Counted from the stretch's first letter, positions 13,413-28,458 are shown. The stretch: DNA of 64,000 nt from Octopus sinensis (GCF_006345805.1 NC_043017.1:7192001-7256000); one strand, 5' to 3'. The notes: generated by a model not told the origin, from the letters alone. Translations and numbers: made by a program.

Positions 13413-15895
13413 AGCTTCTTTCTCTTTCTCTAATGAAGATACTCAGTCATGTGTGTATCAATTTTACTGGCAACCTGATAAAAATGCAGGCAACACATGA
13501 CTTACCACTTTGAAATCGACTGATTATTCTTTGTTGGTGTGATGTGTACGAGAAGACACAGCCAATGATGACATAACCAACCTGTGCTGGTGTAGAGAAA
13601 CAGATGTAAAATGAAAATGATAAGCAGGATGATGATGATAATGATGATGATGATAATGACGATGAGATTTAGCTCAACATTCCGACATGCTACAACTTTT
13701 GTCAACTCCCTGTTTGCATATCAGGTTTCGATATTAATAAACAAAGAAAGAAAAAAAAGAGAAAAAAGAAAAGAAAAGGTAAAAAAATGGAGCAACAAAT
13801 GAAATTCTTTCCCTAAATACACGAAAACTTGATTACATTTCTCGAGAAAATGTTTTGACATATTGCAAGGTTAGTTTTTTTTTTCTGTTGCTTTCTGTTT
13901 ATTTTTTGTTTGTTTGTTTTATGGTTCTTATTTGTTTGTTTTTCGGTTACAACGTATTCCACCCAGCCTGTCTTTTAACTTTCTTTACAACCACCAGCAC
14001 CATCAATAACCTATTTCGGTTTATTTACTTCCTCTAGTACTGTTTGTTCTGACAACCCAAGCTCGCAGTTAATCTACAGGTTTCTCACTTCTCGTTATGA
14101 ACACTCTCCTTCTTATGATGACTTTGCCACATTGAAACTCCTTAGAATAAATCAGTTATTTTAGAATTGTTTACAAATTTCTTCTTTTGCTGTTTGTGTT
14201 TTCGAATTCTTTCTCGCATGACTCAGGGTCTCTCAACAATTATCGCAGTCATAAACTTCAAAACTATTATCATTAACATTTTTTTTTGCACTAAAGACGT
14301 GTTTTCCTGTCATTTTCGCATTTTCTCTTTCTCTCATTTTTTATTCCTTCTCTTTCACCTTCCGTTGTTTTTCTTTCCTCTCTTGTGTATTTCCATCTGT
14401 TTGTCTTCTTCTTCTTCTTCTTCTTCTTCTCTTCTTCTTCTTCTTCTTCTTCTTCTTCTTCCGCAAATTCCTTCTAAGCTTTCACAAGAGATATGTAGAA
14501 AACGAAAGATTTTTTTTTTGTCCTCCTAAAATGAAAATAATAATAATATGGATAATTCTTTCTAATTTTGACACAAAGCCAGTAATTCTGAGGGGAGGCG
14601 GGCAAGTTGATTTCATCGACCCCAGAGGTGGACTGGATCTTTATTTTACTGACCCCAAAAAGGATGAAAGGCAAAGTTGATCTCAGCAGGATTTAATCTC
14701 AGGATGTAAAGAGTGGGAAGGAATGCTGCTAAGCACTTTGTCTGAAACAGTAATGACTCTGCCAGCTTGCCACCTCTTAACAACAACAACAATGACGACA
14801 ACAACAACGATAATAATGATAATAATGATAATAATAATAGTAATAATAATAATGACAATGATAATGGTTTCAAATTTCGCAGGGGGTGGGTAAGTCGATC
14901 ACATCGACCCCAACGCTTAGCTGGTATTTACTTTATCAATCCCGAAAGGATAAAAGGCAAGGCTGACCTCAGCGAAATTTGAACACAGAACGTGAAGACA
15001 GACAAAACGCTGCAAGCCTTCTGACCAGCTTGCAGCCTTTAACAACAACAACAACAACAACAACAATAATAATAATAATAATAATAATAATGGTTTCAAA
15101 GTTTGGTTCAAGGTCAGCAACTTTAGAAGTCGATTACATATCAACCCCATTGATCAATTGGTCCTTATTTCATCAAACCTAAAAGGATGAAAAGCAAATT
15201 TGACCCTGGTGGCATTTGAACCCAGGACATAGAGACAGATGAAATGCTGCTAATGGTTCTGCCAGCTTGCCTCCATAATAATAATAATCATAATAATTTC
15301 TACTATTTGCACAAGTAATGGTTTCAAGTTTTGCCACAAGGGCAGCAATTTGCGGGCAGGTGGGGATGAGTCGATTACATTGACCCCAGTGTTCAACTGG
15401 TACTTATTTTATCGACCCCGAAAGGATGAAAGGCAAATTTGTCCTCAACAGAATTTGAACTCAGAACGTAGCGACGGGTGAAATACCACTAAGTATTTTG
15501 TCGAGCACGCTAACAATTTTGCCAGCTCACCACCTTATAATAATAATAGTAATAATGATGGTGATGGTGGTGGTGGTGGTGGTGGTGGTGGTGGTGGAGG
15601 TGGTGATGATGATGAGGATGAGGAGGAGGAGGAGGAGGAGGATAATCCTTTCTACCAAAGGCTCAAAGCCTGAAAATTGGTAGGAGGGGACTAGTTGATT
15701 ACATCGACCCAACTCCAATGTTTCACCGATACCTAATTTTGTCTATCCTGATAGGATGAAGGGCAAAGTCAAACTTGGAAGAATTTGAACTCAGAATGTC
15801 CAAGACATGTGAAAATGCTGTTGTTCATTTTGCCCAGGTTGCTAAGGGTTCTGTCAGCTCACAGCCTTAACAACAACAGCAACAGCAGCAGCAGT

Positions 15896-16240
15896 GGAGG
15901 TGCAATGGCCCAGTGGTTAGGGCAGCGGACTCGCGGTCGGAGGATCACGGTTTCGATTCCCAGACCGGGCATTGTGTGTGTTTATTGAGGGAAAACACCT
16001 AAAGCTCCATGAGGCTCCGGCAGGGGGGGGGCGACCCCTGTTGTACTCTTTCGCTCCAACTTTCTCTCACTCTTTCTTCCTGTTTCTTGTCCCCGACTTC
16101 CTTCCTATGCAACCGCTGAGCCTGGATGCGCATTCATCCCATCCGGCGATGCTCCCGGTGTCGGGGGTCGACCTGCTTTCTCTTCTGCGGGTCTTACGAA
16201 TAGCAAAAGGACCACGTTTCGGACTTCTTCCAGGCGCTCA
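15896..16240 (+). mobile_element. tRNA-head SINE, family C (long copy)
   Basis: GGAGGTGCAATGGCCCAGTGGTTAGGGCAGCGGACTCGCGG...GGTTTCGATTCCC (A and B boxes) with a GC-rich body. A truncated copy lies at 11632-11788. Confidence 0.8.
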
Positions 16241-16855
16241 ACAAACAAACAAACAAAGCAGCAGCAGCAACAGCAACAACAACAACAACAACGACATTTT
16301 CAAAAAAAAAATCTAACAATAAAAACATAATTTTAAAAAAAAAGCAAAAAAAAAACAAAGAAGAGAAGAAGCATTGTGTTGTAAATTCGAGTGTTGTTGT
16401 TGTTGTTGTTGTTTGAAGCAAGAAGTCTGATAGTCTAATATAACAGTTCACCAGTAACGAGTTATTTTCCAATTATTGTAAAACATTCTTCTGATGTTTC
16501 AACAACATCAATTCTGTTTCTAAAATTGATTACTGCAGTTGTCCGTCCACTTGTTGCAATAATAATAAAGCATGTTTCAGTGTTTTTTAATTTAGACAAC
16601 CAACCATTTACCTGCCTTCCACTTCATGACATCATCTCCTCTCGTTACGAGCAAACAACGAGAACCTCTCTGTTATAGGTCAGTTTAACCTTGGGAGAAA
16701 TGGTGCAGCTTAAATCCCCCTTCAACCCCCTTATTATTATTATTTTTTTTTGTATGCCAACCTGCCAGAAACCATCCTTGATTCTATGATGCAAACTTCC
16801 TGCTGTAACCCTTTTGTTATTGCATTCCTGTGAACTTACACTGCCTCGGTAGGAT

Positions 16856-16939
16856 AAATTTGTCCTAATTAAGCTGGTTGGAAGGGATTTGTTGAGTCAG
16901 GTTTCCTCCACACACACACACACACACACACAACACACA

Positions 16940-16978
<39 letters not shown>

Positions 16979-17079
16979 ACAGAATTGTTTCAGTTAAATT
17001 TGTCCTAATTCAGCTGGTTGGAAGGGATTTGTTGAGTCAGGTTTCCTCCACACACACACACAACACACACACACACACA

Positions 17080-17122
<43 letters not shown>

Positions 17123-17135
17123 ACAGAATTGTTTC
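16856..17135. repeat. ~140-bp tandem duplication containing (CA)n
   Basis: TAAATTTGTCCTAATT.AGCTGGTTGGAAGGGATTTGTTGAGTCAGG...(CA)n..GTGACAGAATTGTTTCAGT occurs twice. Confidence 0.88.
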
Positions 17136-17316
17136 AGTTTCTGTCAGCTAAATCCACTCACAAGGCTTTGATCAACTCGGGGTTACAGTATAAGACACTT
17201 GCCCAAAGTAAGTGCAAAGCAGTGGGATTGAACCAGGAACCATGTAGATGAGGAGCAAGCTTCTTAACCCTAAAGCCATGACTGATCCAATATTAAATTG
17301 AAGGAAGAACATCATT

Positions 17317-17428
17317 AGTGACACTCACCAGTGACTCTCACCAGTGACACTCATCAGTGACTCTCACTAGTGACTCTCACTAGTGACTCTCATCAGTGAC
17401 TCTCACTAGTGACTCTCACCAGTGACTC
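17317..17428. repeat. 13-bp minisatellite, ~9 units
   Basis: AGTGAC(T/A)CTCA(C/T)(C/T) repeated. Confidence 0.9.
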
Positions 17429-17965
17429 TTTTTCAGAACCCTAAGCTGAAGAAGATTAGGGTTAGGAGCAAGAAGTTATTGTCAGCCCAGTAACTCCATT
17501 TAAGTCAGTGGTTCCCTATCCTTTTTTTTTTGTTTTTGTACCTATGGACCCCACAGATCAACTGGTACTTATTTCATTCTCTCTGAAAAGATGAAAGGCA
17601 AAGTCGACTCTGGTAGCATTTGAACCCAGAATGTAAAGACGGACAAAATACCACTAGGCATTGTGCCTGGTGTGCTAACTACTCTGCCACCTCATTGTCT
17701 AATGATAATAACAACAACAACAATAGTAAAAATAATAATAATAATCCTTTCTATTAAAGGCACAAGGCCTGAAATTTGTGGAGAGGGGACTAGTCGATTA
17801 CACCGACCCCAATATTTCACTGGTACTTGATTTATTGACCTCGACAGGTTGAAAGGCAAAGTTGACCTTGGCAGAATTTGAACTCAGAATGTAAGGATGG
17901 ATAAAATATCACTAAGCATTTTACTGCCAGCTTGCCACCTAATGATAATGATGATGATGATGATG

Positions 17966-18029
<64 letters not shown>

Positions 18030-18172
18030 AAATAATAAAAAAAAAAAATGAACGAACTAGTGAGTTTAGTTTAATGGCCTACCAACGTATACTATGAGTT
18101 TCTTTGCCCTAGGAGTCGGGAAGACACTCGGCAAGAAATGGAAGCAAATTTGAAAGAAGAAGAAAAGATAAC

Positions 18173-18204
<32 letters not shown>

Positions 18205-18752
18205 CAACAACCACACAATTAAACAAAAAATTGAGATAAACAATTAACAAATCCGAAGTAATAATAATAATTAATAATCTGTTTAGACACACTACAAACA
18301 CAGTTTTCTGTTTTCTTTTCAAGTCCATTGTCTGAAGTAATCAGATTTTGGTTTGGTATTAGGTTTCCTTCACTGACCACCACCACCAACAGCAAAAAGC
18401 AACACTAGCACAACCACCACCACCACCACCGCCACAACAATAACAAAACACAATTATGTTGTTGTTTTTTTGTCCCCCCCCCCCCCCACCCACCACTGGG
18501 AAACATTTCTTCTTAAAAAAAAAAAGAGAAAAACCCTTTTGATGAATGCCACAGCTTCTCACTTTCCAGTGTTTGCATTGGATAATTGCTGTGAATTCTG
18601 TGCACCTGTTGTGTCTGCCTCCAATTGCACTGCATAACTGGCGCAATTCATGACTCGAATATAAAGTTGGTTTTGTTTCCAAAGAACCAAGGAAAACAAA
18701 GTGCAAGTCTCTTTCAAAACAGATTGTTGTTGTTGCTGTTGTTGTTGTTGTA

Positions 18753-18812
<60 letters not shown>

Positions 18813-20625
18813 GCAAATATCTGCTTTGTTTCAAGAACAAAGGACTGCATACAAGGAAAAAAATCTACAGACAAGGATTTTTAAACACATTCTCTGCATA
18901 TATATATGTGTATATATGTTTGTGTGTGTGTCTATATATATGTATATATTTGTGTGTGTATACACATGCATGTATATGTATATATATATATGTGTGTGTA
19001 TATGTATATACATGCATGTATATGTATATATATGTGTGTATGTATATGTATATATTTATACTTGTATGTATAGGTATCTATATATTTAAATGTATCAGTA
19101 TGTGTGTGTGTGTGTGTGTAGATACATACAAACATATATATATATATGCGCACACATACACACACACGCATGCACACACACATGGAAACAGCAATAGACA
19201 TGCTAAACATTCTCAATAGGTAATTATTTTGTTGTTGTTGCTGTTGTTAGGAGCAATTTTATAAAATTTTAGTGCTGTAAGCTTTTTCTTTTATATATTT
19301 TTCTTTATGTCCATTATTATTATTTTCATTATTATTTATTTATTTATTTTTGTTCAACATACTGCTAGAGTTAGCATATTCTGGACCACAGTTTACATAA
19401 CACAGCCTTATTATCATTATTATTATCATTATTATTATCATTATTATTATTATTATTATTATTTAGTAATTATAGTGATAGTGGTGGTGGTGGTGGCAGC
19501 GGCAGCAGCAGCAGCAGTAGTAGTAGTAGGAGGAGGAGGAAGAGGAAAAATTTTAAATATTATAAACAATGATTATTATCATCATCATCATCATCATCGT
19601 CATCATCATCATCATCATTCACCTTCGCCATCACTTAATAGCAAAGAAGCATATCAAAGAATGAGTCTTGTATGAAGAGGATTGATAACTTTGAATAGGC
19701 AGACTCTGTGTTTTGGGATGCGAACATAAGATCCTTTTGTACGATCAGCATAAAGGGGAGAATTATGGTCAAATACGTTTGTTTGCTTTTGATGTTCTTT
19801 GCTTTTTTTTTTCCTTTCCATTCCACCCTTGTTAGGATGGTTTTATATTGGGCTCTTTTTGTTTGTTTTTTTTTTGGTGCGCATATATATCAACTGCTCA
19901 TCAAATTCTTCAAGTACCACTTCAAGAAGATGTGTATTGTGGGGACCTAACCCTACCCTTACCATCATCACCACCACCACCACTGTTTTTTTTTCTTTTG
20001 CCCTTGTGCAGCATCCCCCTGAAGAACATCTGCACACTGTTAGTGCAGCATCTTTTATTTTGAACTCATCAACCCCAATGTTTACATTCTTTCTTAAGCT
20101 GGAATTTATTCTATCAGTCTCTTATGCTGAATCGCTAAGTTATAGGGCCATAAACACACCAACACCGGTTGTGAAGCAGTGGTGGGGACAAAGGCAAAGA
20201 GACACCCACCCAAACACACACACACATGCACATATAGAGTGGACTTCTTTCAGTTTCCATCTGCCAAATCCACTCACAAAATTTGGTCAATGTGCCATGC
20301 AGTGGGACTGAACCTGGAACCATGTGGTTGGGAAGCAAACTTCTTACCACACATATTGTGCCAGTATAAGGGTCTCTTCTTTTTTTCTTTCTTTTTACAG
20401 CTGGATGCATGTTATATTTGTTCTTGTGAACACACTGTCAGACAAGCAGCCTGAGGCTAGTGAAATAATTTCTGTTGTTTAAGGGTAAAATCACAGCAAA
20501 CAGTAGCTACAACAAGGCTTGAACTTGTGACCACGAGTTTCATAGACAGGAACCTTAATTCCACTGTTACATGCTGGATTAATGTTTATCATGAATATCA
20601 ACCGAAACCATAAGTTATAGAGGCT

Positions 20626-20952
20626 CGTGTTTAGGACCCAGATGTAAGCCAGAGGGAGACATGGTTTGTCTCGGTGTAAGCCAAATAAAGACATGTTTAG
20701 GTCCAGATATAAACCAGACATGTACATGTTTATTTTAGGGTCCACATGTTCGACAAAATAGAGACATGTTTAGCTGAGGATCCAGGTGAAAGCCAGATAG
20801 GAACATGTTTATCTTAGGACCCAAGTGTAAATTGTTAAAGGTCCAGATGAATTCCAAATAGGAAGGGGTTTAAAGTCCACATGCAAGACAAATAGGGGCA
20901 TGTTTAGTTTAGTGCCTCGATGTAACAGAGACAGAGACATATTTAAGAGCCC
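20626..20952. repeat. Old degenerate ~33-40-bp minisatellite
   Basis: Recurring ACATGTTTA...GG(T/A)CCA(G/C)ATG(T)AA.CCA(A/G)A(T)AG(A/G)G. Confidence 0.65.
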
Positions 20953-21070
20953 AAAGGCCTGAAGCTTAGAGATTAATTAGTAAAACGAAGTAAATTTTAG
21001 ATGATTTTCTCCAGACAAGGTTTGCTCAATGTTTGCCAATAAGCATTATGAATATAACGAGAGTTGATCA

Positions 21071-21111
<41 letters not shown>

Positions 21112-21625
21112 ATAGTAGTAGTAGTAATTGTTGTTGTCGTTGCTGTTGTTTAACCACAAGCTTGATTAAGCAGACCTTTGACCAAAAGCATTCCAAACAT
21201 GACCATCAAAACTTTTTTGTTCTCTTTTTAAGTATCCTGAGAATTATATTATCCAATGTATTTCCCTTTCCTTGTTTAAACCGTTTGGGAGTGATTTAAA
21301 GGAAGTTTGGCTGCTACTTCTAGCGGGACAAATGATCACATAGATGCACCTCACAGTAAATGCGACCCTTCTTTTATGGATGAGATGAGAGGGAGAAGAG
21401 GGGTTGTATGAGAAGGTGCCAGATGGTCAAAGCCCATAGCTTTTCTTTTTCCAGCCTGAACCTTAAATGAAGGGACAAGGAAAGTGCAACTGGGATTAAT
21501 GAGATTAATGAATGACCTTCGAAAGGTCATTGGTTAAAGGTCATACACTGGTAAAAAAGAACCCCAAGAACGCCCAGAGGGCAGCAATTTCTTTCTCTCG
21601 CTTCTTTGTATTAGTATGTATCCAG

Positions 21626-21673
<48 letters not shown>

Positions 21674-21844
21674 TATTGATATATATGTATATATATATTA
21701 AATGTATGTATGTATATATAATATATTACGTTATATATATATATAATGTTTTAAATATACCGTAAATGGTCTTTTTACATACTGAACACTACTTGGTAAA
21801 ATTATTAATTAATAATAATTAATTTTACCCTTTTATTATTGACT

Positions 21845-21880
<36 letters not shown>

Positions 21881-23832
21881 CATACACACAAATCTGCATG
21901 TATACATAAATTTGCAGTGTATACGCACACACACACACGCGTACATGTGTGTATCTATAGACACACACACAAATATACACATATATATATACATGCATAT
22001 CTACACATTGAAATGTATTATACACAAATGCACAACACATACTCCTACATGTGTGTGTACATATACACACACACACACATATATATACACACACATATAT
22101 GTATTATATATAAATGCATACGCACTTCTTCTAAGTGTGTATGTATGTGTGTGTTATGATTGTTTGGCACGCTTTAGTCTCTAGACAGGAGATTCCACCG
22201 AGAGATCTCATTAGTGTATTTACTAACTATGAGAATTATCAATCACGGACAGACAAATCAATAATTTGCTACTTTTAGAACACACATTTCTGAAACACTA
22301 GGTTTGACTTTTTTTTGTATTATTTTTGTTGTTGTTATTGTTGTTGTTATTGTTTTACCCGGCCTGACCAAATGGACAACAGCAGAACGTTTTCACAACT
22401 AAACTTCTCTTGTTGTTAGATCCTGAATATCTTAGAAAACACGATATATATAGGTACAGCCGTGGCTGTGTGGTAAGAAGTTTGCATTCCAACCACATGG
22501 TTCTGGGTTCAGTCCCATTCTGTGGTAAAAGTAAAATTAGTTGGCTTCTCAAGTCATACTGACTCCTAAGGGCCGGTTTCCCATTTTCCATGGCACATAT
22601 ATTCCCATTGAGCAGGACACTGGTCTATCACAGAATTAATCATTTTTGACTGATGAGTTGACTGCAGCAATGTGAAATGAAGTGTGTTGAACAAGAAGAC
22701 AACACGTCGTCTGGTCCAAGAATTGAAGCCACAATCTTACCATCATAAGTCCAACATCCCTAACCACTAATCAAGGCACCTTTGTGGTAACTTGGGCAAA
22801 TGTCTTCTACAATAGAATCAGGCCAACCAAAACCTTGTGAATGGATTTTGTAGAGAGAAACTGAAAGAAACCCATCATATATATAAATGTGTGTGCGTGT
22901 TTGTGTGTGTATGTGTTTGTGCGTGTGTTTGTGTGTGTGTTTGTGTGTGTGTGTTTGTGTTTGTGTGTGTCTGTGTGTCTCCCATTGCCACTTAACAATC
23001 AGTGTTGGTGTGTTTATGTCCCTATAACTTACCAGTTTGGCAAACGAGACTAACAGAGTAAGTACCAGGCTTAAAAAGTAAATAAGTACTGAGGTCAATT
23101 AGTTCAACTAAAATTCCTCAAAGCATTGCCCCCAGCATCCAGCCATAGAAACCCTGCCAAGTCTGACAGCAGAGTTTAGTGCAGTCTTCCAACTGGCCAG
23201 TTCCTGTGAAACCATCCTGCCCATGCCTGCATGAAAAATGGACCTTAAATGGTAATGATGATAATGATGATGTGTTCTAATAAAAGGTACCATCCTCCTC
23301 TCTGTCTTCATCTTCAAGTGGTACCCAAAGAAGATTGAGAACTTGGTCGGTGAAGAAAATATCTGACTTCAAACCATTCACATGAGTCATCTGCACAATT
23401 CTTTTGCCAAAGACCACATCACCTGACAACTGATTGGATGAAGTCTAGCAGCTCTTCTTAGTCAATGAAAATGGTGCAATGGTAAAAGGGAAGTGCTAAA
23501 AATCCTCATTGTCTTTCACATCAACTATTCCATGCATACATGTCATCATCATCATTGACATTATCATTTAATGTCTGCCTTCCATGTTGGCATGAATTGG
23601 ACAGTTTGACAGTCCCATGGTCATTCATGACTGAAGGAGGTCTCCTCACACACACACACTTTTTTCCTCTGTCTTCCCTTCTCTGGATCTTTCCTTCTAT
23701 GTTTCCGACGAAGAGCTCCGCTCGAAACGTTAAACCCTCCTTCTTTCCTTCTTTCCTCAGCGTCCAATAATACTATATTTGTTCCACGTCCTCGCGTTGT
23801 GTTTTTTTGTGCTTTCATGTTTGGATTAACTT

Positions 23833-23958
<126 letters not shown>

Positions 23959-24236
23959 TCATCATCATCATCTGCTCTCCATTCTGGCATGGGTTGGATA
24001 GTTTGGCAGGGGCTGCCTAGGATCCATATCTGTTTCAAGATGGTTCCTATAGCTGGATGCCCTTCCTAATGCCAAACACTTTACAGAATGGACTGAGTGG
24101 TTTTACTCAGCATCAGCACTGGTACATTTATGTGGCACGGGTACATCTGCTTTTTATGTGGCCCCCAGCACTTACGAGCCTACAAGATTAGGAATGCTCA
24201 GATGGTGATGCAAAGAGGGGACAAGACTGTATGCAA

Positions 24237-24483
24237 GGCGGTGAGCTGGCAGAAACATTAGCACGCCGGGCGAGATGCGTAGCCGTATTTCGTCTGTCGT
24301 TACGTTGAGTTCAAATTCCGCCAAGGTCGACTTTGCCTTTCATCCTTTCGGGGATCGGTAAATTTAGTACCAGTTACGATGTAATCGAGACGATGTAATC
24401 GAGACGATGTAATCGACTTAATACCTATGTCTGTCTTTGTTTGTCCCTTCTATGCTTAGCCCCTTGTGGGTAATAAAGAAATA
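24237..24483 (+). mobile_element. SINE family A copy with internal 14-bp triplication
   Basis: Same sequence as 40378-40607, with ACGATGTAATCGAG repeated about three times at ~24377-24415. Confidence 0.85.
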
Positions 24484-25595
24484 TGTATGCAAGGGGAGCC
24501 ATGCTTTTGCTTCACATGATGTGTCTTTTCAAGCACAGCGAAACCCCAGGAGTCTCGGTCCCCTGTTATTTCCTCGGTAATGATCAGCTTCATTAGTTTT
24601 CATCCACCAGATTTCCTCACGATGAATCGGTCAGGCTGGGGCAAGAGCAGAAGGCACTTGCTCAAAGTGTCAAGCAGCGGGAAGAACCCAAAACCTTTCG
24701 GCTGTGAAGTAAACTTGTTAACCACATAGTCGTGTTTAGTGTTTATGCAAACCTAATAAAAAGCAATAAAAGATGTGACAGTCACAGCTGTAAAGCTACA
24801 AAGACCATAGATCTGATCACTCAGTAATGAATGACCTGGGATAATCAACAGCAATGACAACAACAACAATAGCAACAAAGAGACACATCTTAAATTCACT
24901 CAACTACGAAAGATTGTCTTGATCATCTTATCTTCACATCAAGCATCATTGATTTCCACTAACAACTTTCCACCAACCCCTCCTCCATATAAATCAAAGC
25001 TGCTCTGTGTCTATTAGCTGTTGTTGTGGCTGTCCTTCAGAAGGAAGAGCCGTAGAGCTGTTATTTCTTCTGTGAAAGACTGGGTGGGCAAGAGAGTAAT
25101 TTAAAAGACAAAAAGACAGCAAACATTTTAAACACATATATCTCTTATTGATGTTTAGTTTAAATTATAGGTGATATTTGTGTTCTATTTATTCCTTGTT
25201 ACTTTAGCAACGAGATCAATGCATGTCTTCGGACACATATAGTAATAATCTTGTATGTTTTTTCCTCTCTTCTTTTACTTATCTAGCAGCTTCCCTACCT
25301 ACCATCCTACCTACTTATCTGTGTATATAGTTTTGTAGGCAGATCGAGTAATAGATTGATAGATGTGAAGTAACCTTGAATATACTTTCTTTTATCTCAG
25401 CATCTATCAATCTACATTATATAACATGTATATATCTTGTATGTTTTTCTTTTGTCTATGTATGTAGTTACCTGTCGGTCTATCTGATGTCTGTCTGTCT
25501 GTCTATCTATCTCTATCTATCTATCCATCCATCCATTTATGTAGAAATCATTTATATTTTTCTTTCTTTTTTCTCTCTCCCTAGATATATGTTTG

Positions 25596-25685
<90 letters not shown>

Positions 25686-28458
25686 GTATATGCATACATA
25701 TGTATATATATATGTATATCAATACAGACACACAAATACATACATATATATATATATGTATATATTTGTGTGTCTGTCTTGTTCCCCCACCACTATCACA
25801 AGATGGGCTTCTTTCAGTTTCCATCTACCAAATCCACTCACAAGGCTTTGGTCGGTCCGAGGCTATAGTAGAAGACACTTGCCCAAGGTGCCATGCAGTG
25901 GAACTGAACCCGGAACCATGTGGTTGGTAAGCAAGCTACATACCACACAGCCACTCCTATATATATATATACATATATCTGTCCAATTCTATTGTCCAGT
26001 TTCTCTGCTGGCATTTTACCATCGTTTTGTCGCAATCCTGCATCATCTGAAACACATCACAGATAAAAACCAAGAATCTGAACTGTTTGTGAGTCTCTTT
26101 GTCTTTCTGCATGGTCTTTTTTTTTACTATGGTTGATGCCCTTCCTTTCATGACGCATGGACTGAATACAGTTCTTTTACCATGTTACTAACACACCAAA
26201 GGGGTTGTCTCTGGTAGAAATGAAATATCCACTTTGCCCTACCCTGGGTCAATTTATAGTCAGTTACTGCTTCTCTCCTTCGAGTGTTGCTTTGGATGTG
26301 TCTTGTTGAGTTTTCATCTTCTCTGCTGCTAAAAGAGAGCCTTTCTTCTTAGACTTATTTTGGGGCTGTCTTTCGAATGAGCAACTTCTTAGAACAGCTT
26401 CTACATTATGCATAAACACACACACACACACACTCACATGTGTGTACACACACACGTACACACACATTATAAAAGCTTATACAATTTACTTTGAACATAA
26501 AATATTCATCAAAAATTTCATTTTAAAAGATCTTTCATTTGTTTACTAATGTCAATCTGAGGGAGGAAGGGAGAGAGATGTAGCTAGATAGACAGACAGA
26601 TAAAAAAAGCTAGGTAGGCAGGTAGATAGATAGATAGATAGATAGATAGATGGTGAGAGAGAGAGAGAGAAAGAGAGAGAGAATGCCTAAAGCTAGAACA
26701 CTGGGATATGATTAGAATGATTATAAATTCATCTAGAACATTCTGTAAAGTGGTTGGTGAGCAAGCAGTGACATTGGTTCAAAAGGCTTCTTTGTCCAAT
26801 CGAGGACTTGATAACCTCACTAATGTGGGTGCCATGATAAAATGTAGTACATGGGACTATATTATCTAACATGTCCTTTCCTTGTTTAAAACAGCAAGGT
26901 AAGATTTGAAGTAAATTCAGTTGCTATTTCTAAGAAGTTGAATATCTATTACTCAGAGGGGATCCTCTATGCAGCTGCTCAGCATGTTAGAAAAAGCAAC
27001 CAAATATCTTACTCAAAATTTACCATCATCTACTACTCCTGCTCACCCCACCCCCCAAGACAGGATGATCATGGCTGGAATGACTCTGGTTACTAGTCTC
27101 TTAAACCACAACAACATCTGCTCCACAGTTTCTCTGGTACTTCAAGTCAGTTAAGAGGTTAGAACTTTCAAACTTCTCAATCTAAAACACAATACACGAT
27201 CTGTTTGTTGTCAACATCATCAATGTCCCTTTTCCATGCTGAAATGAGCTGGAGGGTCCAACAGGATCTGGGGAGTCACAGGGGTTGTGTTGTGCTTTAA
27301 TGTCAACTTTGGTATGGTTTCTACAACTGGACACCTTTTCTCACACCAACCAATTTACAAAGAGTACCGGGTGCATTTTTCATGCCACCAGCATTAGTGA
27401 GGTTGCCAAGTAATTAAAAGGGAAAAGACCCCTTCAGTCAGGAATGACCAAGGGATTGCACTTAGAAAATTCTTCTCTGAGGCACAAAGTTGTTTATGAA
27501 AGACCAGCAGTCGCCCATGCATGCCAGTCTCCCCTCTGCATGCCACCAATGTTATCTAAGGGAAAGGCAAAGGGACCAATACAGCTTGCCACCAGTGATG
27601 CTGCAACACATTTCTACAGTTGAGTGAACTGGAGCAACATGAAAATAAAGTGTCTTGCTCAAGAACACAACACACAGCCTGGTCCAGAAAACGAACTCAC
27701 TACCTCATTATTGTGAGCTTGTTATTCTAACCACTAGCCATGTGCCTTTATATTTATTTATATATATATATATATCATGTGATCACGTGACCGACCAGTC
27801 CATCAGATGTAGTTACACATCGCTGGTCACAATGCGTTCGCATTGTTTTAGCCTTCGAATGACGCCACCCCACTGGCTAAGTGAGCAGGCCATATATATA
27901 TATATATATATGCATATATGGGTACAGGGCATCACCAGCTGTAAACAACATGAAGTATGAAAACAAACGAGTTAAACATGCACACAACGAGAGAAAAAAA
28001 TGGAAAACAGGGCAAGTAACACAAAAAACGACCCTTCACCAGTTGTAGGCTGTCTATCTACTCCTCATTTCCAGCATTCAATGACAATATGAGTCTTCAA
28101 AGACAGTTGCTTCCATAACTTCCAAAATAAAATTTTGGATTTTATGGAGGGTCAAAGTTGGGAACAAAAACAGAACAGTAGAGACATATAAGGAAACCAA
28201 ACAAAAACAAACAAGTTTTTTTTCTTATGGAAGATCAGCAGTCATCCATGCATACCTGCCTCCTCTCTCTGCACCACCAATATTATCCAAGGGAAAGTTA
28301 AAGGAGCCGATACAACTTGATACCAGTGACATCACCACTCATTTCTACGGCTGAGTGAACTGGAGGAGTGTGAAACAAAGTGTCTTGATCAAGGACACAA
28401 TGCCCCACCAGGAATTGAACTGACGACCTTATAATCATGAACCAAATACCCTAACCCC

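Noticed and set aside
15896-15965. tRNA gene
   Set aside because: A/B boxes present but no closing acceptor stem; it continues into a multicopy SINE body.
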